From Tubiluchus corallicola (lineage: Eukaryota > Animalia > Priapulida): 32,534 bases of DNA. A model generated the notes under the pieces. That model ran no database searches. It had not been told where the DNA came from and saw only the letters and a list, made by a program, of their open reading frames with translations. Shown here in pieces: positions 21,603-32,534 of the stretch; the stretch's first letter is position 1, and each line of letters opens with the position of its first letter. The position numbers were made by a program, and so were the translations under genes. Location of the stretch: positions 1 to 32,534 of the forward strand of contig JAQGDQ010001613.1 in the NCBI GenBank assembly GCA_030141605.1, given 5' to 3'.

Positions 21603-22051
21603 GCAACTGTCATCCTAATGGCAACTGTCAAACTAACGGCAACTGTCAAACTAATGGCAACTGTCAACCTAACGTCAACTGTCAACCTAACATCAACTGT
21701 CAACCTAATGGCAACTGTCAACCTAACGTCAACTGTCAACCTAATGTCAACTGTCAACCTAACGTCAACTGTCAACATAGCGGCAACTGTCAGCCTAACG
21801 TCAACTGTCAACCTAATGGCAACTGTCAACCTAATGGCAACTGTCAACCTAACGGCAACTGTCAACCTAACGCGGCAACTGTCAACCTAACGGCAACTGT
21901 CAACCTAATGGCAACTGTCAACCTAATGGCAACTGTCAACCTAATGGCAACTGTCAACCTAATGGCAACTGTCAACCTAACGTCAACTGTCAACCTAATG
22001 GCAACTGTCAACCTAATGGCAACTGTCAACCTAACGGCAACTGTCAACCTA
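21603..22051. repeat. 18-bp minisatellite, ~25 copies
   Basis: Unit gcaactgtcaacctaa(t/c)g with an internal 9-bp sub-period and a 2-nt phase slip near 21871. Confidence 0.95.
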
Positions 22052-22135
22052 CATTTGCATTCTCCAGTATTGACGGTTTCAATGGTTAGAATATTTTTAC
22101 TGGATGAGTTTTTATTTTAAACTGTCATTTTTCAG

Positions 22136-22378
22136 AATTCAAAGGCCATGTCCAAAACAGCGACAGATGGAGCTTTTTGGCGCGTGCGAACAACGACTAT
22201 TGCAGCATGAACGGAACGGATGCCTGCGATGAATCGGACACCTCCAACGAAACATCCTACAGGTTGTTCTGTTTGGGAGAGATCGTCCGCTCGATGGGCG
22301 GTTCAATGTTCTTCACGCTGGGGTTCTCTTACGTCGACGACAACTTGAGGAACAAGAACAGCAGTCCCATCTATATTG
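22136..22378 (+). CDS. SLCO: OATP/SLCO organic anion transporter, internal exon (extracellular loop to TM4 and the YVDDN motif)
   Basis: tttttcag|...RLFCLGEIVRSMGGSMFFTLGFSYVDDNLRNKNSSPIYIG|gttagt matches the OATP LGxSY(I/V)DDN...SPxYxG motif. Phase 1-1. Confidence 0.88.
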
Positions 22379-22399
22379 GTTAGTAATTTTAACAATGAT

Positions 22400-23240
22400 T
22401 ATTGACATCACTAATATCATCAGCATCATCACCACCATCATCAGTGGATTGAAAGACTGTTCTAGTTGCTCGATGCCACCATCAAGTTCACCACGTAATT
22501 GCTAATGTGATGTTCATCATCATTATCATGATTAATATCATCACCACCATCACCACCACCACCAATGTAATGAAGGACTATTCTGGTTGTCATCGTCATC
22601 ATCAACTTCATCATCATAAGTGCCAATATTAACATCATCATAGCTATCTTCATAACAACAATATTCTCATTTCGTTATCGTTGCAGTCACAGATGTAATC
22701 TCATGATTAGCCATTGCTGTAGTCATCGCTGCTGTCATCTCACTGTCTTTAGCAGTTACATTGGTCTGTTGCACAAACCGCACATGATGGCCATCAGCAG
22801 CATAATTATTCTTTATCATCATTGATATCACTACTACAGGTCATTTCATTATCATACTTGTCACAATCATCATCACTATTATCATCATCACTACTTCTAC
22901 CATCGTCGTCATCATCATCATCACCATCATCATCTTCATCGTCGTCGTCGTCGTCATTATCATCATAATTATCTTCATTATCATCATCATCATCGTCGTC
23001 GTCATTATCATCATCATTATCTTCGTTCATCGATATCACTATCGTCATCCCTTCATATACATCATCATTGTCGTCGTCATCATCGTTGTCGTCATTATCA
23101 TCATCATTACCTTCGTTATCATCATCGATATCACTGTCGTCATCCCTTCATATACATCATCATTGTCATCATCATCATCGTCATCATCGTCGTCGTCGTC
23201 ATCATCGTCGTCGTCATCATCACCATTATTATTACCAATG
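22400..23240. repeat. (ATC/GTC)-rich low-complexity intronic sequence
   Basis: Degenerate trinucleotide repeats, with a local duplication at ~22990-23080 / 23075-23165. Confidence 0.85.
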
Positions 23241-23331
23241 CCATAGGAAGAAAAAATTGAGTTACAGGATTAAACATTGTCAAACGTTTCTTAGTTGACA
23301 CAATCGACTACAAGGTGTTTGTTGTTCTTAG

Positions 23332-23421
23332 GTATTCTGTCTGCTGCGCGACCAGTTGGACCAGCACTGGGTCTCTTGTTTAGCTCTATGTTCCTAAGGA
23401 TATTCGCTGACGTCACAAAAG
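23332..23421 (+). CDS. SLCO: OATP/SLCO exon (TM5), 90 nt, GC donor
   Basis: ttgttcttag|GILSAARPVGPALGLLFSSMFLRIFADVTK(E)|gcaaga. The GPALG motif is typical of OATP TM5 and the phases fit both neighbouring exons. Confidence 0.85.
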
Positions 23422-23613
23422 GCAAGAACTCACAATTACGCAATTTGCACCTGATGTAGCAGCGACGTATAGTGTCGAAAAGTGGCTCGAAAGAGTAGGA
23501 ATGGTTTGGCAAAAATAGCTGCTTAATACTGGCTGAATAGTTCGAACAAAAATAAGTATTTTTTCTGAATACTGTGGTGTTTGCCTGTGTTGAGGGCAGC
23601 TTTGTTTTAGTTT

Positions 23614-25774
23614 GGATCAATGACTACAATAGTCGAATGTTTGCCATGTGTGTTTTGTTGTAGCGTAGTTACCACCACCACCGTGTATTCCTTTCAGAAA
23701 CGACGTTGAACAGTCTGATCCAATGTCTACAATAATCGAATGTTTGTCACGTGTGTTTTGTTGTAGCGTAGTTACCATCACCACCGTGTATTCCTTTCAG
23801 AAATGACGTTGAACAGTCTGATCCAATGACTACAATAATCGAATGTTTGTCACGTGTGTTTTGTTGTAGCGTAGTTACCATCACCGTGTATTCCTTTCAG
23901 AAACGACGTTGACACAGTCTGATCCAATGTCAACAATAATCGAATGTTTGTCACGTGTGTTTTGTTGTAGCGTAGTTACCACCACCACCGTGTATTCCTT
24001 TCAGAAACGACGTTGACACAGTCTGATCCAATGTCTACAATAGTCGAATGTTTGTCACGTGTGTTTTGTTGTAGCGTAGTTACCATCACCGTGTATTCCT
24101 TTCAGAAACAACGTTGACACAGTCTGATCCAATGTCTACAATAATCGAATGTTTGCCACGTGTGTTTTGTTGTAGCGTAGTTACCATCACCACCGTGTAT
24201 TCCTTTCAGAAACGACGTTGACACAGTCTGATCCAATGTCTACAATAATCGAATGTTTGCCACGTGTGTTTTGTTGTAGCGTAGTTACCATCACCACCGT
24301 GTATTCCTTTCAGAAACGACGTTGACACAGTCTGATCCAATGTCTACAATAATCGAATGTTTGCCACGTGTGTTTTGTTGTAGCGTAGTTACCACCACCG
24401 TGTATTCCTTTCAGAAATGACGTTGACACAGTCTGATCCAATGTCTACAATAGTCGAATGTTTGTCACGTGTGTTTTGTTGTAGCGTAGTTACCACCACC
24501 ACCGTGTATTCCTTTCAGAAACGACGTTGACACAGTCTGATCCAATGTCTACAATAGTCGAATGTTTGTCACGTGTGTTTTGTTGTAGCGTAGTTACCAT
24601 CACCACCGTGTATTCCTTTCAGAAACGACGTTGACACAGTCTGATCCAATGTCTACAATAGTCGAATGTTTGCCACGTGTGTTTTGTTGTAGCGTAGTTA
24701 CCATCACCGTGTATTCTTTTCAGAAACGACGTTGACACAGTCTGATCCAATGTCTACAATAGTCGAATGTTTGCCACGTGTGTTTTGTTGTAGCGTAGTT
24801 ACCATCACCGTGTATTCTTTTCAGAAACGACGTTGACACAGTCTGATCCAATGTCTACAATAGTCGAATGTTTGTCACGTGTGTTTTGTTGTAGCGTAGT
24901 TACCACCACCACCGTGTATTCCTTTCAGAAACGACGTTGACACAGTCTGATCCAATGTCTACAATAGTCGAATGTTTGCCACGTGTGTTTTGTTGTAGCG
25001 TAGTTACCACCACCACCGTGTATTCCTTTCAGAAACGACGTTGACACAGTCTGATCCAATGTCTACAATAGTCGAATGTTTGCCACGTGTGTTTTGTTGT
25101 AGCGTAGTTACCATCACCGTGTATTCTTTTCAGAAACGACGTTGACACAGTCTGATCCAATGTCTACAATAGTCGAATGTTTGCCACGTGTGTTTTGTTG
25201 TAGCGTAGTTACCATCACCGTGTATTCCTTTCAGAAACGACGTTGACACAGTCTGATCCAATGTCTACAATAGTCGAATGTTTGTCACGTGTGTTTTGTT
25301 GTAGCGTAGTTACCACCACCACCGTGTATTCCTTTCAGAAACGACGTTGACACAGTCTGATCCAATGTCTACAATAGTCGAATGTTTGCCACGTGTGTTT
25401 TGTTGTAGCGTAGTTACCACCACCACCGTGTATTCCTTTCAGAAACGACGTTGACACAGTCTGATCCAATGTCTACAATAATCGAATGTTTGTCACGTGT
25501 GTTTTGTTGTAGCGTAGTTACCACCACCACCGTGTATTCCTTTCAGAAACGACGTTGACACAGTCTGATCCAATGTCTACAATAGTCGAATGTTTGCCAC
25601 GTGTGTTTTGTTGTAGCGTAGTTACCATCACCGTGTAATCTTTTCAGAAACGACGTTGACACAGTCTGATCCAATGTCTACAATAGTCGAATGTTTGCCA
25701 CGTGTGTTTTATTGTAGCGTAGTTACCATCACCGTGTAATCTTTTCAGAAACGACGTTGACACAGTCTGATCCA
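23614..25774. repeat. Tandem repeat, ~100-104 bp x21, each unit containing the splice acceptor and the first 26 nt of the next SLCO exon
   Basis: tttcag|aaacgacgttgacacagtctgatcca recurs with the AG ending at 23697, 23800, 23900, 24004 ... 25546, 25647, 25748. Confidence 0.97.
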
Positions 25775-25879
25775 CAGTGGATAGGAGCTTGGTGGTTGGG
25801 TATGGTAGCCATAATGGGTGCAACTGCCATCCTGGTGATTCCCATGTCTATGTTTCCCAGGAAACTTCCAGAAAAACAG
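25749..25879 (+). CDS. SLCO: OATP/SLCO exon (signature motif plus TM6)
   Basis: (E)TTLTQSDPQWIGAWWLGMVAIMGATAILVIPMSMFPRKLPEKQ|gtaaag contains the OATP signature D-x-x-W-(I/V)-GAWW-x-G. Confidence 0.95.
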
Positions 25880-25984
25880 GTAAAGTGCGTTGAAAAGATC
25901 GCCGCATTGTCTGTGTGGTTTTACTTGTTACGATTGATTGGAATTTTCTTACTTAGGGTTGAAATTCTTGTATTTTTCTCACAG

Positions 25985-25986
25985 GT

Positions 25987-26019
<33 letters not shown>

Positions 26020-26114
26020 CGACATTGTCGCTATAACGCCTACTGAAAAGCATCCTGCTGCTGTGCCGGAAAAAAGAGCAAACGTGTTATCCATGTTGAA
26101 AGACAGCCCAAAAG
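25985..26114 (+). CDS. SLCO: OATP/SLCO exon (central cytoplasmic loop)
   Basis: tttttctcacag|VDDDDDDGGGGGDIVAITPTEKHPAAVPEKRANVLSMLKDSPK|gtattt. Phase 0-1 bridges the flanking exons. Confidence 0.78.
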
Positions 26115-26139
26115 GTATTTTACTCTTTTTTGGTACTGC

Positions 26140-26277
26140 GATGATGATGATGGAGTTTATGATAATGATAATGATAATAATGATTGCGTTAGATATGATA
26201 ATAGTGCTAACAAAAATAATGACAATGAACGACAACCACAACGATAGCAAGAGCAACAACAACAACAGCAACAACAG

Positions 26278-26308
<31 letters not shown>

Positions 26309-26698
26309 AACAACAACAACAACAACAACAACGAAACAACGACAATGACGACGACGACAACAACAACAATAACAACTACCCCTGCTACAACAACAACAAC
26401 CACAACGCAACCACTACGATAACAACAACAACAACAACAACGAAACAACGACAATGACGACGACGACGACAACAACAACAATAACAACTACCCCTGCTAC
26501 AACAACAACAACCACAACGCAACCACAACGATAACAACGACAACAACAACCACAAAGATAACAACAACAACAACAACAACAACAACAAAGACAATGACGA
26601 CGACAACAACAACAATTACCCCTGTTTCAACAACAACAACGACAACGACAATGACGACGACAACAACAACAACTACCCCTGCTTCAACAACAACAACA

Positions 26699-26731
<33 letters not shown>

Positions 26732-26815
26732 GCTACTACTACTACTACTACTACTACTACAGCAACAGCAACAGCAACAGCTACAGCTACAGCAACACCA
26801 ACAACGACGACAGTA
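26140..26815. repeat. Compound (GAT/AAC/GAC/ACT)n microsatellite with higher-order duplication
   Basis: Direct observation. The motif aactacccctgc recurs several times. Confidence 0.95.
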
Positions 26816-27319
26816 AAATGAATTATGCCAGCAAGAAAGTTGTTCTGGCTGTGCATTCGCTACTGTTCTGCATTAATAGTGTCGAACTTTAAACAAGCAT
26901 CTGTAACAGGGACATTGGTGTTTGCCTGTCAAAGTTCAAAGTTACTTATTTATTTAATGTTCAGTTCCCCAGCTAATCGATATGGAACATACTTGCGCAA
27001 CCGTGATACTGCAATTTGTCGTAAACAAACAATTATCATTACCATCTAGTCTTATTCTATAAAATCTTACTTTTAATTATATTATAAGTTTTACACAGTA
27101 TTACCGCTAACGCAAGCTCTGTATGCAACGAGGAACCATATAAATGATTCAAAATTTAACAATGGATATGTTTAGTTTTATGTAAGTAAAAGGGTTTTCT
27201 TGTGATTTAAATGAAAATTGAACCCAATCTTAAACTGTAGGTCAAAACAGTCTACTCTTAAAACGTTGAAAGGAACATACTATTTTTTCAAAAATGACAT
27301 GTGAAACAATTATTACCAC

Positions 27320-27808
27320 AGAAACACAATTTCACGTTCGCGCCACTAGTTCTTTGCTGTTACATGCATTTCAACATGGCTATTTAGACGGGCACTAGCG
27401 TCTGCATTTCGAAAACTCAACAGGTGCTGTACCTGTTCAGATGTGTTAGTTTGTGATGAACTGCACACGTTCGAGAGCTCATGCGTGAGCACAGCGGTAA
27501 ATTAAAATTTTTATTTTAAAACTTGCCTAGTTTTAGTATGCCACATTGAATCTCTTACAGTAGCATTGTACTTCAATTTTCGCATTCACAAACACGTGCA
27601 ACACGCTCGTGGAATATTTTTGCTGTTGAAAAAATTATGTTAGTTTGTGATGTCATCGATAGTTGGGCTCGCCCGCCGTTAATCGAGTTTTTAATCTATT
27701 ATTTAATTATCAGCAGCGCTTTTGCAGTATTAATTGTGTGAAAATGTATACTTTTTACCGTACTGGAAAATGGGGTAGTATATGAAAAATCATCCCGTCT
27801 TCCTTTAA
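27320..27808 (+). repeat. Interspersed repeat, copy 2
   Basis: Homologous to 19358-19850. Confidence 0.85.
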
Positions 27809-28382
27809 CTTTACCATTAGAAGCAATGAGGCCCCTATCTCTCTTAACGCTTGCTTTATCACGTACAGCATGCTCTGCTTTTGATTAAGCAGTCTTATTT
27901 AACTTCCAAAATTGAATCCGTTTGAGGAGAAACGATGCTGTTTACTTGTAAATTTCCAGGAGCTAGTGAGCGTTGGCGTCCTCGCTGTCTATGCCCGTGC
28001 TGCCATCTATTGAGCTCCAGCGAAAGTTTGGCCAAACCATTAAAGCTGTTCCTTAAAAATTAGGAAAAAAGACAATTCTGTGTCGACCACACACAAAAAA
28101 ATTAACTGTCTCTGACCTCGACCCATACCCTACCTACCCCTGCTCCAAGTGTTGGCTTCCTGGATTTATCCATGGCGAAGGAAAGCTGGCGACAGTCGCT
28201 CCAACCGAGGGCAACTCGTACAAAGTCTGTTTTATTTTCTAACAGTAACAGTAATACTAGTAATTGTACTTTCCTACCAATTATCTTGAGTTCCTGTCAT
28301 GATGTAACTTATTAATATTTTGTTGCGTTATGTGATATTTGATTTTTTTGTGCTGTATATGGCTTACAGTGTTTAATTGCAT

Positions 28383-28870
28383 TTAGAGGTATACAGGATG
28401 ATTTTTCATATACTACCCCATTGTCAAGCACAGTAAAAAGTATACATTTTAACACGATTAATATTGCAAAAGCGTTTCTGATAATTGAATAATAGATTAA
28501 AAGCTTAATTAATGGCGGGCGAGCCCAAGTGTTGACATCACAAACTAACATAATTTTCAACAGCAAGAATATTCCACAAGCGTGTTGCACGTGTTTACAA
28601 AAGCTAAAATTGAAGTACAATGCTACTGTAAAATATTCATTGTGTTATACTAAAACTAGGCAAGTGTCAAGATAAAAATTCAAATTTCAAATTTACCGCT
28701 GTGCTCACGTATGGTTCGTCATAAACTAACACGTCTGAGAGAGGTACAGCACCTCTTTTTGCGCAACGCTGTCCGGAATGCAGGTGCTAGTGCCCGTCTA
28801 ATTATCGAATGGCGAAATGAATGTAAGAACGAAGAACTAGTGACGCGAACGTGAAATTGTGTTTGTGTGA
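28383..28870 (-). repeat. Interspersed repeat, copy 3 (inverted)
   Basis: Reverse complement of 27320-27808. ORF-track peptides at 19526 and 28312 are similar. Confidence 0.85.
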
Positions 28871-28976
28871 TTTTTAATTTAACATTCAAATTTACCTCAC
28901 TCAAAATCATACTTTCAAAATGGAGTAGCATATGAAAAATCATGGCGTTTTCCTTTAAGCGATTCATTTGTTGCAG

Positions 28977-29141
28977 ATTTGGGACAGAAGTTGTTTCGCA
29001 TTATTTCAAATCCGATGTACATGTGCGTTGTGTTGGGATTCTGCTTCAAACTTTACACAATCATAGCTCTGTCATTGTTCATACCAAAATACATGGAATC
29101 CCAGTTTCATATGACTGCTTCGACTGCCAATCTACTGACAA
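28977..29141 (+). CDS. SLCO: OATP/SLCO exon (TM7)
   Basis: ttgttgcag|(D)LGQKLFRIISNPMYMCVVLGFCFKLYTIIALSLFIPKYMESQFHMTASTANLLT|gtgagt contains the FxPKYxExQF motif. Confidence 0.93.
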
Positions 29142-29179
29142 GTGAGTGTTTTGTACAGATGTTAACAAGTCTAGATATA

Positions 29180-29370
29180 ATAGAACATGGAACATGGAAC
29201 ATGGAACGTACGGTATAGAACATGGAACATAGAACATGGAACATGAAACATGTAACATAGAACATAGGATATACACCATAGAATATAGAATATAGAACAT
29301 AGAACACGGAACGTAGAACATGGAACATGAAACGTGGAACATAGAACATGCAACATAAATTATAGAACAT
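29180..29370. repeat. 7-bp repeat gaacat(g/a)
   Basis: Direct observation. Confidence 0.9.
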
Positions 29371-29678
29371 TTTATTTTCTCCAGTTTTATTTACAGCAAT
29401 ATTGTTAGTTCAATATTAAAGAAATGTAATTATGGAGTAAGGCAAGGGGGACCAAAGGCTCCTGTCCTTTCATACAAATGGCAAGTTTGATGAAAGCAAA
29501 AGCAAGATAGTAACAAAAGGTGGCGCTGCAGAAAACAAAAACAATAAACCGACAAAAACAAAGCAATAATAATTAACTGTCAATAAATAAAACCCCAAAA
29601 ATAAAGAAAGTTTGTAAACAACATTGTAAACCACTTGCTCGTACTAAAACGAGTGCATGATTTGTAATTAACAATGAC

Positions 29679-29681
<3 letters not shown>

Positions 29682-29714
<33 letters not shown>
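29682..29714. repeat. (TA)n microsatellite
   Basis: Direct observation. Confidence 0.95.
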
Positions 29715-29716
<2 letters not shown>

Positions 29717-30213
29717 CTATAGGTGTCATTTAAAAGAAATGTTTTTATGATAACAACAAAAATGAGCAATAAAAATTGATAAACAAGAAAACAAAACATT
29801 TGCTCAAAAATGAAGAAAAATGATTGATGAGTAACTGCAAACAAAAAGTAATGGTAAATAACCAAATTAATATAGTCAAATTAAATAAATCAATTACTTT
29901 TCAGGTAACTACAACAACAACAACACAATGAAAAGGACAACAAAAATCCTGATCTGCTAGGTTTACCATTTTCTGATCTCTGTTCGCAAAAGTTGCCCTT
30001 TCTAACCCACAAAATCCTTCCCAACCCATCAAATCAGGACATGGCAAACCTAGCAGACCAAAACACGACTTACATTAGCCTTTAGAACATAGTCAAATTA
30101 GAACATTGCAAACTTAGCAAATCAGGACCACAAACCGTAACATTCATACCCACCCTTATATACATGATACGAACAGTTTTATCGACACGTGGCTTTTATT
30201 GTTTTCTTCACAG

Positions 30214-30406
30214 GTGTAGCAGCCTTGCTGGCAGTATTTGGTCTGGTGGGTGGTGGGTGGCTCATGAGGACCATGCGACTTCTACCCAAAGGAGCAATGG
30301 TGCTGATAATGATTTGTCTGGGGATCTATGCGGCATTCATTCTTCCAATGCTGTTTCTGGGTTGTGAAGGTGATCAGTTTTCAGCCACCAGTGGTAGCGA
30401 TGGTTT
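30214..30406 (+). CDS. SLCO: OATP/SLCO exon (TM8-TM9)
   Basis: cttcacag|(S)VAALLAVFGLVGGGWLMRTMRLLPKGAMVLIMICLGIYAAFILPMLFLGCEGDQFSATSGSDG|gtgagt. Phase 1-2. Confidence 0.9.
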
Positions 30407-30474
30407 GTGAGTACATTAATTATGAGTAACATAAACACCTTATAGGGTGATGGTAGGGTAAAGTTATTGCTTAA

Positions 30475-31015
30475 ATTGTGATGGTACAGTATAATAATAA
30501 CTTAAATGGGTGATGATATAGTATAATTATAAATTAAATGGGTGATGGTGCAGTATAATTATAAATTATATGGGTGATGGTGCAGTATAATTATAAATTA
30601 AATGGGTGATGGTGCAGTATAATTATAACTTCAATGGGTGATGATATAGTATAATTATAGCTTAAATGGGTGATGGTACAGTATAATTATAGCTTAAAAG
30701 GGTGATGGTATAGTATAATTATAGCTTAAAAGGGTGATGGTACAGTTTAATTATAGCTTAAATGGGTGATGGTACAGTATAATTATAACTTAAGTGGGTG
30801 ATGGTACAGTATAATTATAAACTAAATGGCTGATAGTGCAGTATAATTATAAATTAAATGGGTGATGGTGCAGTATAATTATAAATTAAATGGGTGATGG
30901 TGCAGTATAATCATAACTTCAATGGGTGATGATATAGTATAATTATAGCTTAAATGGGTGATGGTACAGTATAATTATAGCTTAAATGGGTGATAGTACA
31001 TAATAATTGTAACTT
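30475..31015. repeat. 32-bp minisatellite, ~17 copies
   Basis: Unit aatgggtgatggtacagtataattatagctta. Confidence 0.95.
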
Positions 31016-32276
31016 AAGAGGTTGTGATATTAAAAAGAGCCCTTGTAAATATGTGTAAATATGTCCTCTCTGAACGTTTCTCCATTTAACAACGATTCGT
31101 TTTAACGGGCAGCGAAATTTTCGATTCTTTCTACTCGCTTCACCTTAGAGACGAATTTTAGTCAGAAATTTTGTCTGCCGAGTTACAAATATGAAAACAA
31201 GTCAAAGATAACATACTAGACAGAGAAGATAGATAGATGGATAATTTTATTTATCTCTTGTAAAACAACTACATAGCAAAAATGAATCGTTACTATTAGA
31301 GAAAGGGTGGCGAAAAAAACCTAGAATGTTAGCAAATCAGCCACCCTTTTAATTAAACTTATAACAAGAATATCTAGCAATATCTACTAAGTGAATTACT
31401 CATCCACTGACAGCTGTCAGGCTGGTAATCTTGGGTGGCTTCGACTTTGACGCCCAAACAATAATTATTATTACAACACATCATAATAATTTTAGAATTA
31501 TTTTGCAAAACGTTTTCTCATTCAGATGCAAATGCCCAGAACACATAACGAAGCAAGCAATCACCCATCCATTCACTTATCAGGTTCAACGTTGCTTAAC
31601 ATCGTGCACAGTATCCACTGGGCTGTTAACCTCGAATCAAATGTGCTGCCATTTGGCTGTAGCCACATTGCGAACTGTGACGGGAACAGAAAAGAATTTC
31701 CTTCAATGCATACGGTGTTCTCAGAAATCTTTATTTCTGTATATAAAATAATGAAAATAATAAATTTGACTGCTTTCACTGCTTATAAATGTATAATGAT
31801 CTAATTATTATAATTTAAGACAATAAAAGAAAATATTACTCACATCGTGCAGCTATAACAACTTAATACATCCTTGGAACGTCATACTGGTTTACAGCAA
31901 ATCAGGTAGAGACGCTACAAATAATTACTTGAAGAATTTATCTAAACATTATTTAACGTTTACTGAGGCTTCTGTAAGCGTGTGTAGTGAGGCTCAACCT
32001 AATTTACAACTTAACATGTAGGTGGCAGCACCTATGTGAACTTACCTGTAATTTTACCTGTGAAGTTGTAAATTACCGTACGATGTGAGTAATATATACT
32101 TTTATTGTCTCATATTATAATAATTAGATCATTATACATTTGTAAAGGCCAGAAACTGACCTTTGTCATGTTCGATCATGGAACTGTTTTTTTTTAATTA
32201 TTTAAATCGAAGTTTTATAAATTGCAATGAATTATATGATTATTTACTGATTATTTGAATCTTTTTATATTTTCAG

Positions 32277-32418
32277 TCTTAATTTAACAGCTGAGTGCAA
32301 CGCTGAGTGTGACTGCAACCAGAACTTGTATCACAGCGTGTGTGGCTCAGACAACTGGACTTACTTCTCTCCTTGCCACGCGGGTTGTCTCAATGAGACG
32401 ACTATTGGAGAAGAGGAG
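32277..32418 (+). CDS. SLCO: OATP/SLCO exon (Kazal-like extracellular domain); the gene continues beyond the window
   Basis: tattttcag|(F)LNLTAECNAECDCNQNLYHSVCGSDNWTYFSPCHAGCLNETTIGEEE|gtattt matches the OATP CNxxCxC...VCGxDxxTYFSPCHAGC motif. Confidence 0.95.
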
Positions 32419-32534
32419 GTATTTAGTTCCTCTTTTTTGTTTTAATAAACAAGCCCACCTACCAGGAGGAGGGCTTTCATTGTTGAGCTTGCCAAAAGGG
32501 TTTCAGGGGCAATTGTGAAAATATGACTATGAGT

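Noticed and set aside
21587-22120. (NCQPNG)n Cys-rich or antifreeze-like repeat protein
   Set aside because: An 18-bp minisatellite open in several frames on both strands, with a frame slip at ~21871, no signal peptide and no clear splice sites. It sits just upstream of an SLCO acceptor.
18790-25774. CRISPR-like appearance of the 53-bp and ~104-bp arrays
   Set aside because: No unique spacers, whole units repeat, and the context is eukaryotic.
22462-26856. Poly-Asp, poly-His, poly-Thr, poly-Leu, poly-Val and poly-Cys ORFs
   Set aside because: Translations of intronic trinucleotide repeats.
29079-29370. MFHVPCS-repeat ORFs
   Set aside because: Translation of a 7-bp tandem repeat in all three frames.
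31431-31804. Acceptor plus ATG at 31526 with Cys-containing ORFs, considered as another family member or an SLCO exon
   Set aside because: No signal peptide and the Cys spacing does not fit. Exons 30406 and 32277 already join in frame without it.

Overview
AT-rich, repeat-dense genomic DNA from an intron-containing animal, probably an invertebrate. The left ~17 kb holds a cluster of small, highly divergent paralogues with one coding exon each. They share a signal peptide, a mature N-terminal Cys, a C-x13-C-x2-C-x14-CC-x10-C core and a GPI-like hydrophobic tail. Three look intact (229-645 -, 4298-4660 +, 16871-17236 +). Two are pseudogenes (9602-9685 +, 13157-13464 -) lying in opposite arms of a ~10 kb interrupted inverted duplication (5551-15510). 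I cannot assign this family to a named one. The right ~10.5 kb holds seven coding exons of an organic anion transporter (OATP/SLCO) on the + strand, and I could not find its N-terminal exons in the window. One of its introns has a GC donor and carries 21 tandem copies of its own 3' splice site plus exon start. Also present are a solitary 5S rRNA gene, a Penelope-like remnant with hammerhead ribozyme motifs (and a palindromic derivative), an RTE-like LINE fragment, an LTR-like insertion, several MITEs, a tRNA-derived SINE and many mini/microsatellites. All alignments and counts were made by eye.
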